Shown: positions 27,552 through 38,408 of the stretch, piece after piece
Numbering within the stretch: the stretch's first letter is position 1
Layout of the letters: each line of letters opens with the position of its first letter
DNA from: Alphaproteobacteria bacterium
GTDB lineage: Bacteria; Pseudomonadota; Alphaproteobacteria; UBA2136; UBA6156
Assembly (NCBI GenBank): GCA_027485835.1
Contig: JAIXQG010000001.1
Coordinates: 69,902 to 133,901, forward strand
Length of the DNA: 64,000 nucleotides
Direction of reading: 5' to 3'
Made by a program: the position numbers and the translations under genes
The notes under the pieces: generated by a model
Database searches by the model: none
Told to the model about the DNA's origin: nothing
Seen by the model: only the letters and a program-made list of their open reading frames with translations

Positions 27552-29747
27552 TTAGAAGGCCCAACGGGCTTTCACTTGGCCGGTGTGACCGGTCAGGCTG
27601 CTACGGATGTCGGCATCGTAGTTCAGGCTGAGGTCGGTACCGCCTACGGTGGTCAGCAGGATGCCGGCGCCGAGGTTAACCGAAGACTTGTCGCCTTCTA
27701 CACCGTTGCTGTTGAAGGCTGCGCCGCCGCCAGTGAATTGGCTGGTGGTGGCCATGCTTTCATCGCCCATGCGGTAAACATATTTAGCGCGTACGGAGGG
27801 CTTCAGCGTGCCGCCGTCGGCCAGAGCGATAGCGTAGCTGGCTTCACCACCTACACCTGCGTCGACAGTCGACATGGCATCCGGGTCAACACGCAGGCTG
27901 GCATTGCCGGCACCGGTTTCGGTGTAGCTGTCCATATCCAGGTAGGTGTACTGCAGGCTGGCCAGCGGGGTGAGGGTGGCGCCGCCAACAGCGAAGTCCT
28001 TACCGGTTTCCAGCTTAGCAGAGGCTTGCAGACCATCGGTGTCGCCCTTGCTTTGGCCTACGCCAGCAACGGTGCGCTCCATTTCGTACTTGTTGTAACC
28101 TGCGCCAACTTGGCCGTTTACGAACACGCCGTTATCCATAACGCGGCTACCGTAGAGGGTGGCTGCGTAGGTGTCGATGTCGGTGGAAGCGCTGCCGGAG
28201 GCGTTGCTGTCGACCGTGCTCTTACCGTAGGTAACAGCCAAACCGGTGGTGAGGCCGTCGATCAGGGTGTCGGTATCCATACCGATGCTGGCGCCGGCAG
28301 AGTCAGCGTCGTAACCGCGAGCGTTGTCCTTGTCGTCTTGGCTTACGGTGCTACCGAAACCTTGAGCCCACATGTGACGGGCTGCCATGGCATCACCCGT
28401 TGCAACACCGTAGCCGTTGCCGCGTACGGAGGCCAGACGGTTGCTAACTTGGTTACCTGCGTCTACAGCGAAGTTCACGCTGGCAACACCTGCACCGTCG
28501 ATGCTCGGTGTGAGGGATTCCAGAACGGCTTGTACACCTGCAGCAGAGGATTGGCTACCAATCGCACCTTGTACGGTGGCTAGGGAGCCGGTGGCACCAG
28601 CGCCGATGGTGTCGAGAACGTTAGCAATGCTCTTGTTTTCGTCGCCGGTTACTACGTCAGAGGTCGATACGCGGCCTACACGCAGAAGCAGGTCGTTCGT
28701 GCTGGTTTGGGTAGAGAAGCGGTAAACACCGTTGGCTGCACTGGTGAGGGACACCTGGTTTGCAGCCGAGCTACCGGAAGCGATGGTATAGGTAGTACCG
28801 CTGGCAATGAAACCGGCGTTGCTGGCAACATTGATGGTTACGGACGTACCGGTTGCGAGAGCGCCGCCGGAGAGGATCAGTTGACCTACGTTGCTGGTGT
28901 TAGAGCTGCCAACAGCGATACCAAGAGTAGCACCTGTACCACCGGTATAGGTAAGGGCGTTAACGTCGGTGCCAGCTGCGATGTTGAGGGTACCGTTGTT
29001 GGTAACAGCGCCAAGGTTAGCAGATGAGTTAACAGTCAGCGTTTTGCCAGCAGCGATGGCGCTGGTGCTAGCGCCAGTAACGGTGTGATCAAGCACGGTA
29101 TTAGTGTTGAAGTTGATGGTTTCGAACAGGCCAATGGTACCGCCAGTGGTGAATGTATTGGTACCGTTGATGTTGAGGGTGTCGGTGCCGCTGCCGCCGC
29201 TCATGTTACCGTTTACGGTGGCGTTGGTCAGCGTGACAGTGTCGGTGCCGTTACCGCCGGTGATGGCGCCGTTGGTGGTGCCGCCGTTGCTGGTGAAGGT
29301 GTTGGTGCCGTTACCGAGGGTTACGGAGCCGCTGATGGTGCCGTCGTTACGGATGGTGTTACCGTTGGTCATGCCGGAGAGGTCGATGGCCTTGGTGGTG
29401 CCGCTCAGAGCAGAGACGGTACCGGACACGTTAATAGTGACGGCGCCGTTGTTCACGTTGCTGGAGCTAATAACCGGGTTGGTAGCCGAGTTGGACGAAG
29501 TAACAGACGTACCGGTGCTGATGGTAATGGTGTTGCTGGCGGCACTGGTGCTGCTGATAACGATAGCCGAGGAAACGTTGGTTACGATGCTACCACCAGT
29601 GATGATGTTGAAGGCACCGGTTTCGCTCGTGAATTGGGTAGCGGTAAGGCTGGTGCTGATATCTGCAGCTTGACCGACAGAGGCGGCTGCTACGAAAGCA
29701 GTCGAAGCTGTCAGGAGCTTGAGAGTACGAGAGGTCATGGGAGACAT
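27552..29747 (-). CDS. autotransporter (type Va) adhesin-like protein with a repetitive Thr/Gly/Asn/Ser-rich passenger
   Basis: Signal peptide; a passenger rich in 'TVNGN.SGGSGTDT' repeats; a C-terminal beta-barrel domain ending ...KARWAF. Confidence 0.85.
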   Translation of the reverse strand: MSPMTSRTLKLLTASTAFVAAASVGQAADISTSLTATQFTSETGAFNIITGGSIVTNVSSAIVISSTSAASNTITISTGTSVTSSNSATNPVISSSNVNNGAVTINVSGTVSALSGTTKAIDLSGMTNGNTIRNDGTISGSVTLGNGTNTFTSNGGTTNGAITGGNGTDTVTLTNATVNGNMSGGSGTDTLNINGTNTFTTGGTIGLFETINFNTNTVLDHTVTGASTSAIAAGKTLTVNSSANLGAVTNNGTLNIAAGTDVNALTYTGGTGATLGIAVGSSNTSNVGQLILSGGALATGTSVTINVASNAGFIASGTTYTIASGSSAANQVSLTSAANGVYRFSTQTSTNDLLLRVGRVSTSDVVTGDENKSIANVLDTIGAGATGSLATVQGAIGSQSSAAGVQAVLESLTPSIDGAGVASVNFAVDAGNQVSNRLASVRGNGYGVATGDAMAARHMWAQGFGSTVSQDDKDNARGYDADSAGASIGMDTDTLIDGLTTGLAVTYGKSTVDSNASGSASTDIDTYAATLYGSRVMDNGVFVNGQVGAGYNKYEMERTVAGVGQSKGDTDGLQASAKLETGKDFAVGGATLTPLASLQYTYLDMDSYTETGAGNASLRVDPDAMSTVDAGVGGEASYAIALADGGTLKPSVRAKYVYRMGDESMATTSQFTGGGAAFNSNGVEGDKSSVNLGAGILLTTVGGTDLSLNYDADIRSSLTGHTGQVKARWAF

Positions 29748-29828
29748 TCCTTGGTTTTTTGTTTAAGTTGACTGTAAGCTAGATGAAACGAATTGGGTTT
29801 GGCTAGGTAAAAAGAATGGGTTTGCTAC

Positions 29829-30665
29829 ATGCTTGAGCGTTTGAACTGGGGGTTGTGTTTTACGAGCCACGCGAAGCGGTGGAGTGTGTTGGTTGTGACA
29901 CTGATACTTGTCGGATGTTCTGCTCAAAAAATAGACTTAAGTGATCGTATTCGTTCAGTAAATGAAGGGTCTATGGGGCGGTCCGACGTATGGCGGATGG
30001 GTGTTAGTGAGGTGGATGGATTGCAACTTTCGGTTGTGCGTAAGGATCCGGTTTTAGCGCCTGATGCGACTTTGCGTATCTATATTGAAGGGGATGGTAG
30101 GGCTTACTTAAGTAGGGGAATTGTGAGTGGTGACCCGACGCCTTTAAACCCCGTGGGGTTGAACCTTGCGCTGGCCGATATGCATGACGCGGTTATGTAC
30201 ATTGGGCGGCCGTGCCAATGGAACCGTGGGCCGGAGTGTATGGACAGAGGCTTGTGGACGACGGGGCGGTTTAAGGTAAACGTGGCGCAGGCGTATGCCA
30301 CGCTTGTGGCGCGTGAAAGCGAAGGACGGCCTGTTGAACTAGTTGGCTACAGTGGTGGGGCGTGGGTAGCGTTACAGGTTGCGGCGCGATTAGAGAACGT
30401 GGTGAAGGTGACCACTGTGGCGGGGAATATGATGCCGGATTATGTGAATGTTCATCATAAAGTGCCGCGTATAGAGGTTGCACCGTACCCGGGAGAGCGT
30501 TTAAGAGAGTTGCCGGTTACGGCTTATATCGGAACGCAGGATGCGATTGTGCCGCGCGGGGTTGTGGAGGATTTTAAGGTTAAAACTGGAGCTGCCAACG
30601 TGAAGGTTATTGAGATGGAGGCGACCCATGGCGATGGCTGGCAAGCCCTGTATGGGCGGATTTAA
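29829..30665 (+). CDS. lipoprotein, alpha/beta-hydrolase fold
   Basis: Lipobox LVGCS, and a GYSGGAW nucleophile-elbow motif. Confidence 0.6.
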   Translation: MLERLNWGLCFTSHAKRWSVLVVTLILVGCSAQKIDLSDRIRSVNEGSMGRSDVWRMGVSEVDGLQLSVVRKDPVLAPDATLRIYIEGDGRAYLSRGIVSGDPTPLNPVGLNLALADMHDAVMYIGRPCQWNRGPECMDRGLWTTGRFKVNVAQAYATLVARESEGRPVELVGYSGGAWVALQVAARLENVVKVTTVAGNMMPDYVNVHHKVPRIEVAPYPGERLRELPVTAYIGTQDAIVPRGVVEDFKVKTGAANVKVIEMEATHGDGWQALYGRI

Positions 30666-30814
30666 GGTTAAAAGGGCGGTTTTTGGTCTTTTTGGTTAGG
30701 CGACGGTAAGAGAACGGCTTGATGGGAGCCGTTTTTTCGCGCATCGGTACGGGGCGAATTGAGTAAATCGTATCGCGTTTTTGCGGGCTGCCTCGATGCG
30801 GTATTGGGGGCCCG

Positions 30815-31588
30815 ATGACTTATATGGAGCATGTGATGTCTTTTTTTACAACGGCGGGCGTTGCCCGCTTTGCGCTGGAACGCGGTTATTACGGGCTGTG
30901 GCGCACCGTTCTGTTTTTGGACGGGCCGAGCCTTGCAGCTGCAGACCAGCTTGCGGCTGCCGCGGCAAGCCGCAGCCTGGCCATGTGGCCGCAAGTGAAG
31001 ATGGTTTATGCCGACATGCTGGATGACCAGACGGTGCTTCAGGCCGCGCTGGAAGGCGCTGCGAAGGGTGATAATGTACACACGTTGCAGGACATTTTTC
31101 GGTACTTCGGTACCAAGCACACTTGCGACCGTGACCGTGTATTTGCGGTGGCTGCCGAACACGCTAGCCGTGAGAGCTGGGTTTATGCCTATGACACCCT
31201 TGGTTGGCGGTTTTCGGCAGCTGCGGTTGATCGTATCGTGGACTGCGCCCTTGTGGGGGCAGATGGCGAAATACTGGACCGGCTGGTGAGGGATTGCGGG
31301 CTGCCGGAGAGATACCGCACCCGCATTATGCATGCGCGCAACCTACGTGATGCCGTGCGTACCAAGAACCCGAATTATATTCGGGAAGTGGTGCAGAACG
31401 CACGCTGCCTGAAGGCCGAAGATATGCGGGATGCCGAGCTGTTTGCACGGCGCACCCGCAACACGTACCTGGAAAAGCAGGTTATACACCCCGCCCTTGA
31501 CCACGCCATTGGCGATTGGGCCGTGTATAACCGGCAGTTGGTCAAGGGTAAGGTTGAAACGGTTCGGCCTTTGTTGCGCGCTGCCTAA
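30815..31588 (+). CDS. hypothetical protein
   Basis: 257-aa ORF with coding-like composition; no recognisable motif. Confidence 0.5.
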   Translation: MTYMEHVMSFFTTAGVARFALERGYYGLWRTVLFLDGPSLAAADQLAAAAASRSLAMWPQVKMVYADMLDDQTVLQAALEGAAKGDNVHTLQDIFRYFGTKHTCDRDRVFAVAAEHASRESWVYAYDTLGWRFSAAAVDRIVDCALVGADGEILDRLVRDCGLPERYRTRIMHARNLRDAVRTKNPNYIREVVQNARCLKAEDMRDAELFARRTRNTYLEKQVIHPALDHAIGDWAVYNRQLVKGKVETVRPLLRAA

Positions 31589-31608
31589 TACGTGCTGATA
31601 TGAACGAT

Positions 31609-31641
31609 ACCCGCCCGGAGTTTTCTCCGGGCGGTTTTTTT
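31609..31641. terminator. bidirectional terminator
   Basis: ccgcccggag-tttt-ctccgggcgg followed by ttttttt. Confidence 0.8.
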
Positions 31642-31645
31642 GTGG

Positions 31646-32416
31646 CTAAAGCTGGTTGGCGAGGGCGCAGAATTGCGCGGTAGTGAGGACTTCGGCGCGG
31701 TCGGTCGGCGTGATGCCGAGAGACTCCATGGTGGCCTCGGTTATATGCCCCTTAAGCACGCTGCGGAGCATTTTGCGGCGTTGGGTGAAGACGATGCGGA
31801 GGAGGGTATCCAGCTTTTGGGTGTCAACCGCTTCGCGCATGTGGGGCAGGGGCGTGAGGCGCACGACGCTGCTCATCACCTTGGGGGGTGGGGTGAAGGC
31901 GCCGGGGGAGACGTCGAAGAGGTCTTGCCGGTTGCAGTAGAGGTCGCAGAGAACGCCAAGGCGGCCCCAGTCGCGGGTATCGGGCACCGCGCAGATGCGC
32001 TCGACGACCTCTTTTTGCAGCATGAAGGTCATTTCTCCGGTGATGGGGCGCATTTGGACGAGTTGGGCGACCATCTCGGTGCCGACATTATACGGCAGGT
32101 TGCCGACGACCTTGAGGCCTGCCACGGGGACGGCGGTGCCGAAGGCTTGCAGGGCGTCTCCCTTATGGATGTGCAAGCGGTTGTCGAATTGAGCGCTCAT
32201 CTCTTCTAGTACCGGCCAGCAGCGGTCGTCGATTTCGATCGCCGTGACATGGGCGCCCGCTTGTAGCAGGGCACGGGTGAGTACGCCGGTGCCGGGGCCG
32301 ATTTCGACAATATGCTCGCCTGATTTGGGCGCGATGGCGGCGACGATACGGTCTATCACCCCGCGTTCGTGCAGGAAGTGCTGGCCTAGGTGTTTAGCGG
32401 CGCGGATTTGGGACAT
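31646..32416 (-). CDS. rsmA: 16S rRNA (adenine1518/1519-N6)-dimethyltransferase
   Basis: LGQHFL and VEIGPGTGVLT SAM-binding motifs. Confidence 0.93.
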   Translation of the reverse strand: MSQIRAAKHLGQHFLHERGVIDRIVAAIAPKSGEHIVEIGPGTGVLTRALLQAGAHVTAIEIDDRCWPVLEEMSAQFDNRLHIHKGDALQAFGTAVPVAGLKVVGNLPYNVGTEMVAQLVQMRPITGEMTFMLQKEVVERICAVPDTRDWGRLGVLCDLYCNRQDLFDVSPGAFTPPPKVMSSVVRLTPLPHMREAVDTQKLDTLLRIVFTQRRKMLRSVLKGHITEATMESLGITPTDRAEVLTTAQFCALANQL

Positions 32417-32434
32417 GGCCGCTGTATACCCCGC

Positions 32435-33691
32435 TTAGAGGCGGATGTCGAGGAAGGCGCGCTGACGGAGGTTTTGCAGGAAGCGGCGGGACTCCAGCTC
32501 GACACGGTTGTTGAACATGCTTTTGAGGACGCGGTCGCGGTAGGCGTTCAGGTTTTCGGCCATGGCCTGACGGGTATCGCCAATGAAGATACGGGCGGCA
32601 TTACCGTTAAGCGTGACGGTTTTGGTCCAGCGGCCCGGCTTGGTTTTGACGATGGCTTGGGCGAGGTCGTTTTCCAGATCGTTTTGCGTGACCCAGCCCA
32701 GAGCGGTGCTGGCGGGGAAGGTTTCTTTATAACCGGCTTCGGAGAAGTATTTGAAGACGTCGTCGCGGGTTTTAAGACCATCGGTTATGGCTTCAAAGGC
32801 TTTTTCCTGCTCTTTCGCGGCGTCTTTTTCCTTCGCGGCAGGGGTGGCGAGAAGGAAGAGCTCCAGCTGCGTTTGCGGGTTGATATCGACTGGCGTGGAG
32901 GTACGGCTGTTATCCAGACGGACCAGGTACCAACCATCTGGCGTGCGGATGGGTTCGCTGACTTGGCCGACGGTGAGGGTATCCAGAGACTCTTCTAATT
33001 GCGGGTTGAGCTGACCGGTGCCGAACCAGCCGAGTTTACCACCGTTGATGGCGGATTTGTCGTCGGAGTGGGCACGGGCGAGGTCGGAGAAGGATTCTCC
33101 GGCAGTGATTTTGTCTTTCAGCTCGGTGAGCTTTTGTAGTTGGGCCTTGTTGGCGTCGGCATCGGCGGCGCCTTCCAGCATGATGATACTGATTTCGCGG
33201 TCTTCCACCTTGCGGCTTTTGCCGAGTTCGGCGATCAGGCGGTCGGCCTCTGGCGTGCTAACTTGTACGCGCGGAGCGACCTGATTGCCGATGATTTTTT
33301 GCCAGAGGGCTTCGGCAGCGATTTTTTCTTCGGCTGCCGGTTCCATGCCGCCGGTGAGTTGGCTCCAAGTGGCTTCTCCCATAGTTTTGCGGACCAAGGC
33401 GATGGCGTCTTCGCGCTCCTTTTTGCCCAAGCTAAGGCCTGCGGTTTTGGCGTATTGGCGTTGGAGCTCTTCGTCAATCAGGTTTGAGAGGCTGCGCTTG
33501 GTGACGGCGTCGCGCTGTTGTTGGGTAGGATTGACGATGCCGACTTGACGCAGGTTGAGTTCGGCACGGCTTTGCAATTGGCTATATGTAATGACTTGGT
33601 CGTTGACCACAGCCGCAATACGGTCGGCCGCATGGGTGGGGGCGATGAGGAGGGCGCAGGCCATGACGGTGAGGGCGGTGAGAAGGCGCAT
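32435..33691 (-). CDS. surA: periplasmic chaperone / peptidyl-prolyl isomerase SurA
   Basis: Signal peptide, N-terminal chaperone domain and a parvulin domain; its position between lptD and rsmA. Confidence 0.88.
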   Translation of the reverse strand: MRLLTALTVMACALLIAPTHAADRIAAVVNDQVITYSQLQSRAELNLRQVGIVNPTQQQRDAVTKRSLSNLIDEELQRQYAKTAGLSLGKKEREDAIALVRKTMGEATWSQLTGGMEPAAEEKIAAEALWQKIIGNQVAPRVQVSTPEADRLIAELGKSRKVEDREISIIMLEGAADADANKAQLQKLTELKDKITAGESFSDLARAHSDDKSAINGGKLGWFGTGQLNPQLEESLDTLTVGQVSEPIRTPDGWYLVRLDNSRTSTPVDINPQTQLELFLLATPAAKEKDAAKEQEKAFEAITDGLKTRDDVFKYFSEAGYKETFPASTALGWVTQNDLENDLAQAIVKTKPGRWTKTVTLNGNAARIFIGDTRQAMAENLNAYRDRVLKSMFNNRVELESRRFLQNLRQRAFLDIRL

Positions 33692-33742
33692 GGTTGGTAT
33701 CTTTCTTAGAAGGACGCTTGGTATTAACGGTCTTAAATAGCT

Positions 33743-35827
33743 CTAGTCTTCGCTGCCGAGTGTGAGTAGGCGCAGGTTGACGAGGTAATCGGTACCCGGT
33801 TGGAGGTCTCCGTTACTATAACCACGGCGGCGGATAACGGTTTCAATCTCGTAGCAATCGCGTGTCCAGACCAGACCGCCGCGGCCCTCCAGCAAGGTGC
33901 TGGTGGCGAGGTCGTTCCGTGTGTTGCCACGGAAGGCGAGTTGGTCGGTCAGTGGAATATTCACTTCGGTGTAAAGTTCTTCAGGGCCTTCATTCAGGTA
34001 GGAGTGCGTGAGGCGGAAGTTGGCTTCGTTCACACGGCCGAGGCGCAGGCCGTTGTCGATACGGCGCAGGTTGAAGGTGGCGTTGTCGAGGCGCATGCGG
34101 CTGTTGACACTGAACCAGTCGGACGGTGAGGCTTCTACCATACCGACCCAGTCGGATAGGTTTGTGGCGGCACCACCGGAGGCGGGCAGCGAGGTGTCGT
34201 CGAACTTGCGCCAGCTTTGACCCACGAAGAGGCGGTAGTCGGTGTGGTCGGGCGTGCCCCAGCGGTTGTCGATACCGTAGATGACGCGCGGGCCGGTTTC
34301 GACACGGTCTAGCCCGGCAAAGCGGCTGGTTTCGAACAGGTTGCTGGTGTCGAGCTCGTAGCTTACGCTGTCTTCGTTCGGTACGCGGTTGTTACTGTTA
34401 CCGCCACGGGGGGAGAGGGCGACCATGACTTGCGGGGCCACGGTGTGACGGCCACCCGGTGAGACGTAGGGTTTTTCCCACATCGCGGTAGCTTCTGGTA
34501 GTACCCGCGTTACGGTGCCTTCGGTCGTGCTGTTATCTACCAGATAGGCATCGAAGCGGCCTGTTGCACCGAGGGTTAGTTTGCTACCATCCATCATCAT
34601 GAACGGGCGGGTGTACTCAACACCGCCGATGGCGCGGCGGCTTTCTTCGCCATTGCCGCGGTAGATGTTGAGGACGTCGGCCGAGAGGTCTACCTGACCG
34701 CCAAAGGAGGGAACGAACCAGCGCGAGAGCTCGAGGTGCGGCAGGACTTGCGCGGTTTCGGCCATCGGGCGGGTGGGTGAGAGGTCTTGGAAGCGGGTGA
34801 CACTGAGGGCGGCGTAGTGTTGCTCGCCGGCGTCTTCTCCATACAGCGTGCTGGCGAGGTAGGGGTCGAGGCGGTCGAAGTATTGCTGCAGGTAGGTGTC
34901 GTCGGACGCGATTTCGCCATTCAGGCCGATGCGGCGTGACGCGGAGAAGTCTTTTTCGGCTTCGATTTTCAGGTGGCTGCGTTGCTGGCCGAGTTTGGTA
35001 TCGTTAATGAAGCTCGCGTCAATATCGCTGTCGGTGGTGAGGGTGCTTTGGCGGCGCTCGAGCATCAGTTGGGCACCGCGTTCGGTCATCATGCGCGTAC
35101 GGACGGTGTAGTCGGCATTTTCAGGCTCGTTGTACACATAACCGGAGATGGTGATGTTTTCGCCGAGAGATTCGCTGCGGCCAAATTGCGGCGGGAGCAG
35201 ACCGTTTTTCGGTTTTTTAGGGCCAACGGGGTGGCGGAACCACGGCAGGTACATGACCGGTACGCCGTAGACGTCCATCACCGCGTTGCGATAGGTCATG
35301 TCGCCTTCTTTTTGGTCGTAGGTCATTTTGTCTGCGCTGAGAGACCAGGGTTTGCGGTTACCGATACATTCCTTACAGGGCGAGTAGGTAATGTCGGTCA
35401 TTGTATAAGTTGTGCCGGAGACTTTGGCGGTGCCGGCTTGGGCTATTTCGCCGAGGGCGGGTAGGGTGAGGCGGAGTTGCTCGAGTGCGCCTTGTTGCAT
35501 GTCTCCGGTAAGTTCGAGTGAGTTGACTCTCAGTTCGGTGCCATCCGGATTCAGTAGGCGCACGTTACCGCTGGCGGTCACGGCGTTGGCAGCGAGATCG
35601 TAATGGACCGTATCCGCCCAGACCTTACCCTTAGCACTGTTGATATGCACTTGTTGGCCGGGTTCGGCGGTGGCGGTGACGCGGCTGCCGGAGACATCGT
35701 ACGCTATGTTGGCAGCGGTGAGGTCGAACGGCATCTCTTGCCCTTGTTGGGCATGGGTGGGAGTGGCGAGGACGGCCAGAGACAAAATGGCGGGAACCAC
35801 GAAGACGGTGAGGCGGGAGAGGAGCAT
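33743..35827 (-). CDS. lptD: LPS-assembly protein LptD
   Basis: 694 aa with a signal peptide; an OstA N-terminal region followed by a large beta-barrel. Confidence 0.9.
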   Translation of the reverse strand: MLLSRLTVFVVPAILSLAVLATPTHAQQGQEMPFDLTAANIAYDVSGSRVTATAEPGQQVHINSAKGKVWADTVHYDLAANAVTASGNVRLLNPDGTELRVNSLELTGDMQQGALEQLRLTLPALGEIAQAGTAKVSGTTYTMTDITYSPCKECIGNRKPWSLSADKMTYDQKEGDMTYRNAVMDVYGVPVMYLPWFRHPVGPKKPKNGLLPPQFGRSESLGENITISGYVYNEPENADYTVRTRMMTERGAQLMLERRQSTLTTDSDIDASFINDTKLGQQRSHLKIEAEKDFSASRRIGLNGEIASDDTYLQQYFDRLDPYLASTLYGEDAGEQHYAALSVTRFQDLSPTRPMAETAQVLPHLELSRWFVPSFGGQVDLSADVLNIYRGNGEESRRAIGGVEYTRPFMMMDGSKLTLGATGRFDAYLVDNSTTEGTVTRVLPEATAMWEKPYVSPGGRHTVAPQVMVALSPRGGNSNNRVPNEDSVSYELDTSNLFETSRFAGLDRVETGPRVIYGIDNRWGTPDHTDYRLFVGQSWRKFDDTSLPASGGAATNLSDWVGMVEASPSDWFSVNSRMRLDNATFNLRRIDNGLRLGRVNEANFRLTHSYLNEGPEELYTEVNIPLTDQLAFRGNTRNDLATSTLLEGRGGLVWTRDCYEIETVIRRRGYSNGDLQPGTDYLVNLRLLTLGSED

Positions 35828-35953
35828 AGGGCCGTGCGCTTTAAATCGCTTTTCATTATTGGGGTGGCCCCTTGAGGGAGCCCATTTGGGGCAGTCTTGC
35901 CTAAGATGGAAGGTGCGTCAATTCTTACCCGAGGGTAACGACGATTTTGGGGA

Positions 35954-37177
35954 TTATTCCTCGCGCAGCTGCAACATGAGTGCCATGGCGAGCAAACTGG
36001 CCATAATGGCGGGCAACCACGCCGCCAGCCTGACGTCCAGACGTCCGGCAAGGCCGAAGGTGGCCATCAGGTTACCGAAGAAATAAAATCCGAAGCCCAT
36101 GAGAACCCCCGCCACAATGACCATACCGAGGCCGCGCACGCGGGTGAAACGTAGGCCGAAAGGTACGGCTACCAACAACATGGCAATGCACATGAAGGGC
36201 AGGGCGAGGAGGCGTTGGTAGGCCATGGCGTGGCGGTCTGTTTTAAAGCCACTTTCTTCCAGGGTACTGATGAATTCGCGCAACTCGAAGATGTTTAGGG
36301 TGCCGGGTGGATTAAAGCTTGCTTGAATTTCTCCCGGGGTGAGGCTGGTGGGAAGGGTCAGCTCGGGCTTGCGGAGAATATCTTGGCGGGGGGTGAGCAG
36401 CACCGCGTTTTTCAGGTTCCATTGGCCAGAGTGTTCGCCGTTACCGGCTTCGAGGATGGCTTGGCTGGCATCGATACGGGCGAGGAAGCTGTTTTTCTCG
36501 TCGAAGATGAAGACGGTGGCCTGGCCGAGGCTGTCTCCGCCCGGAGAGACCTTGCGGCCGTAGATGAAGTAGTCGCGGCCCGAGGCTTCGGTGGTGGCGG
36601 TGGCGGGAAACTCGCTTTGCTTGAGCCAGATGCTACCGCCTGCAGTGACGAGACCTTTGGTAGAACCGGGGAAGACGGTGGCGTTCCAGTGCTCGTACCG
36701 CTTAAGCAGTGCGGCGGAAATAGGGTTGCCGACCCAGATGGTGAGCATGCCGATAAGCAGGCAGGCTAGCAGAGGGCCCATAAGGAAGCGGCGGGCGGGG
36801 AGGCCGATGGCGCGCAGGGCGACGAGCTCTTGCCGCTTGTTCAATTGATTCAGCCAGATGAGGCTGCCGATGAGAACCGCGAAGGGAAGCAGTTGCAGGA
36901 GGAGGTCGGGCGTTTTGGCGAGACTCATGAGTAGTGCCACAGTGATGCCGATGCCTTTGTCGGAGATCTGGTTCCAGAGATCGATGACATCGACCAAATA
37001 AATAAACGAACCGAGGCCGAAAATGGTGAAAATGATGGTGGTAAGCCACATGCCGCCGAGGTACCAGCTGAGGGTCGGTGAGTAACCGCGGGTGGAGGCG
37101 TCGCGTGGGGCGGGTGCCAGAAGATTGGACATATCCGGCATGCTCGGGACGCTGAGGTTGGGCCTTTTTTTAGGCAT
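35954..37177 (-). CDS. lptG: LPS export permease LptG (YjgP/YjgQ family)
   Basis: Permease topology; the start at 37175-37177 sits 2 nt after the lptF stop (alternative internal ATGs are possible). Confidence 0.8.
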   Translation of the reverse strand: MPKKRPNLSVPSMPDMSNLLAPAPRDASTRGYSPTLSWYLGGMWLTTIIFTIFGLGSFIYLVDVIDLWNQISDKGIGITVALLMSLAKTPDLLLQLLPFAVLIGSLIWLNQLNKRQELVALRAIGLPARRFLMGPLLACLLIGMLTIWVGNPISAALLKRYEHWNATVFPGSTKGLVTAGGSIWLKQSEFPATATTEASGRDYFIYGRKVSPGGDSLGQATVFIFDEKNSFLARIDASQAILEAGNGEHSGQWNLKNAVLLTPRQDILRKPELTLPTSLTPGEIQASFNPPGTLNIFELREFISTLEESGFKTDRHAMAYQRLLALPFMCIAMLLVAVPFGLRFTRVRGLGMVIVAGVLMGFGFYFFGNLMATFGLAGRLDVRLAAWLPAIMASLLAMALMLQLREE

Positions 37178-38276
37178 GGATACGGCCCTTCTTTGCGACA
37201 AAGGCGGCAAAAGCCGCGCCGGCTAAGGGCCACAGCCATTGGCCGTAAAGCACGATGGGGGAGCCTTTTTGGGAGAGGCCTTCCAGCAACATCATGATAC
37301 CCAGATAGGTAAAGCCGGAGAGCGAGGCGGCGACCAGCAGGCGCCACGGGCTTTGCTGGCGGCGTGGCGGGCGCAGCAGCCACGCGGCGGCTATTAACGT
37401 GAGCGGTAACGGTGTTAACGGGAAGAGGAGCCGTTTATGAAATTCGGCGCGGATATCGTTGGCAAGGCGGGGGTCTTCGGCGCGTTCGGCTTCGTAGAGC
37501 AGTTGCAGGAGCCCGAATTCTTCGTATCCCGGTTCGCGCGGGGCGGTGACTTGTTGGCCGAGGCTTTGACGGATATCGAGATTGTATTTGTCGAATTCCA
37601 GCATGCCGACCTGTTTTTCGCTAACTTCCTGCCGGAGGCCTTTTTGGAGAGCGAGTTGGGGGTAGCCTTCGGCATCCAGCGTAATTTCGCCATGTTGGGC
37701 ATACCACGTAACGGGTTTGGCGGGGTTGCGGGTATCGTGCACCAGAATTTGGTCGAGCGTGGTAGGGGTGGTGCGCGTGCGGAGATAAATCATCAAGTTG
37801 CTGCCGAGCTGGTTGAAGGTGCCTTCTTCTAGCAACAGTTGGGCGTTTTGGGTGCGGATTTGGTGCTGGAGGTCTTTGAACGCGGCGGTGCTGGCGGGCA
37901 TCAGTTGGAGGAACAAAACATAACCGAAGACGACGGAGGCGAGTGCCCATGTCATGAGAGGGCGCAGGATGTGGGCTGGGCTACGGCCGAGGCTGAGGGC
38001 GGCGGTAAGCTCGTTATCTTCTTGCCAGCGGCGCAGCATGGCGCAGGCGCCGATGAAAATACCGAAGGGGAGGATGATGGTCATCATCTTCGGGATAAGC
38101 ATCAGTGTGAGATGCAGGAAGGTGCCGAGGCCGAGGCCTTTGTTAATGACGAGGTCGAGGAACCTCAGGCTTTGGAGTAGCCAGACCAACCCCAACAGAA
38201 TACCCATGCCTAGGAGGCTCGGCTTCATCGCATCGCGGATGATATACGACGGCAGGGTAAGGCGGAGTTGTGTCAT
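37170..38276 (-). CDS. lptF: LPS export permease LptF
   Basis: YjgP/YjgQ family, lying divergent from pepA as in E. coli. Confidence 0.85.
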   Translation of the reverse strand: MTQLRLTLPSYIIRDAMKPSLLGMGILLGLVWLLQSLRFLDLVINKGLGLGTFLHLTLMLIPKMMTIILPFGIFIGACAMLRRWQEDNELTAALSLGRSPAHILRPLMTWALASVVFGYVLFLQLMPASTAAFKDLQHQIRTQNAQLLLEEGTFNQLGSNLMIYLRTRTTPTTLDQILVHDTRNPAKPVTWYAQHGEITLDAEGYPQLALQKGLRQEVSEKQVGMLEFDKYNLDIRQSLGQQVTAPREPGYEEFGLLQLLYEAERAEDPRLANDIRAEFHKRLLFPLTPLPLTLIAAAWLLRPPRRQQSPWRLLVAASLSGFTYLGIMMLLEGLSQKGSPIVLYGQWLWPLAGAAFAAFVAKKGRIHA

Positions 38277-38408
38277 TCGGGTCTCTTCATACCAGTTTTA
38301 ACGCCAGTGTTCCAATATCATTTTATGCACACCCTTGCAGGAGCGGTAAGGCTTGTGGCACTTTAACGATTGAAATGGCCCTTTGGCCTCAAAAATTAAA
38401 AAAGAGAT

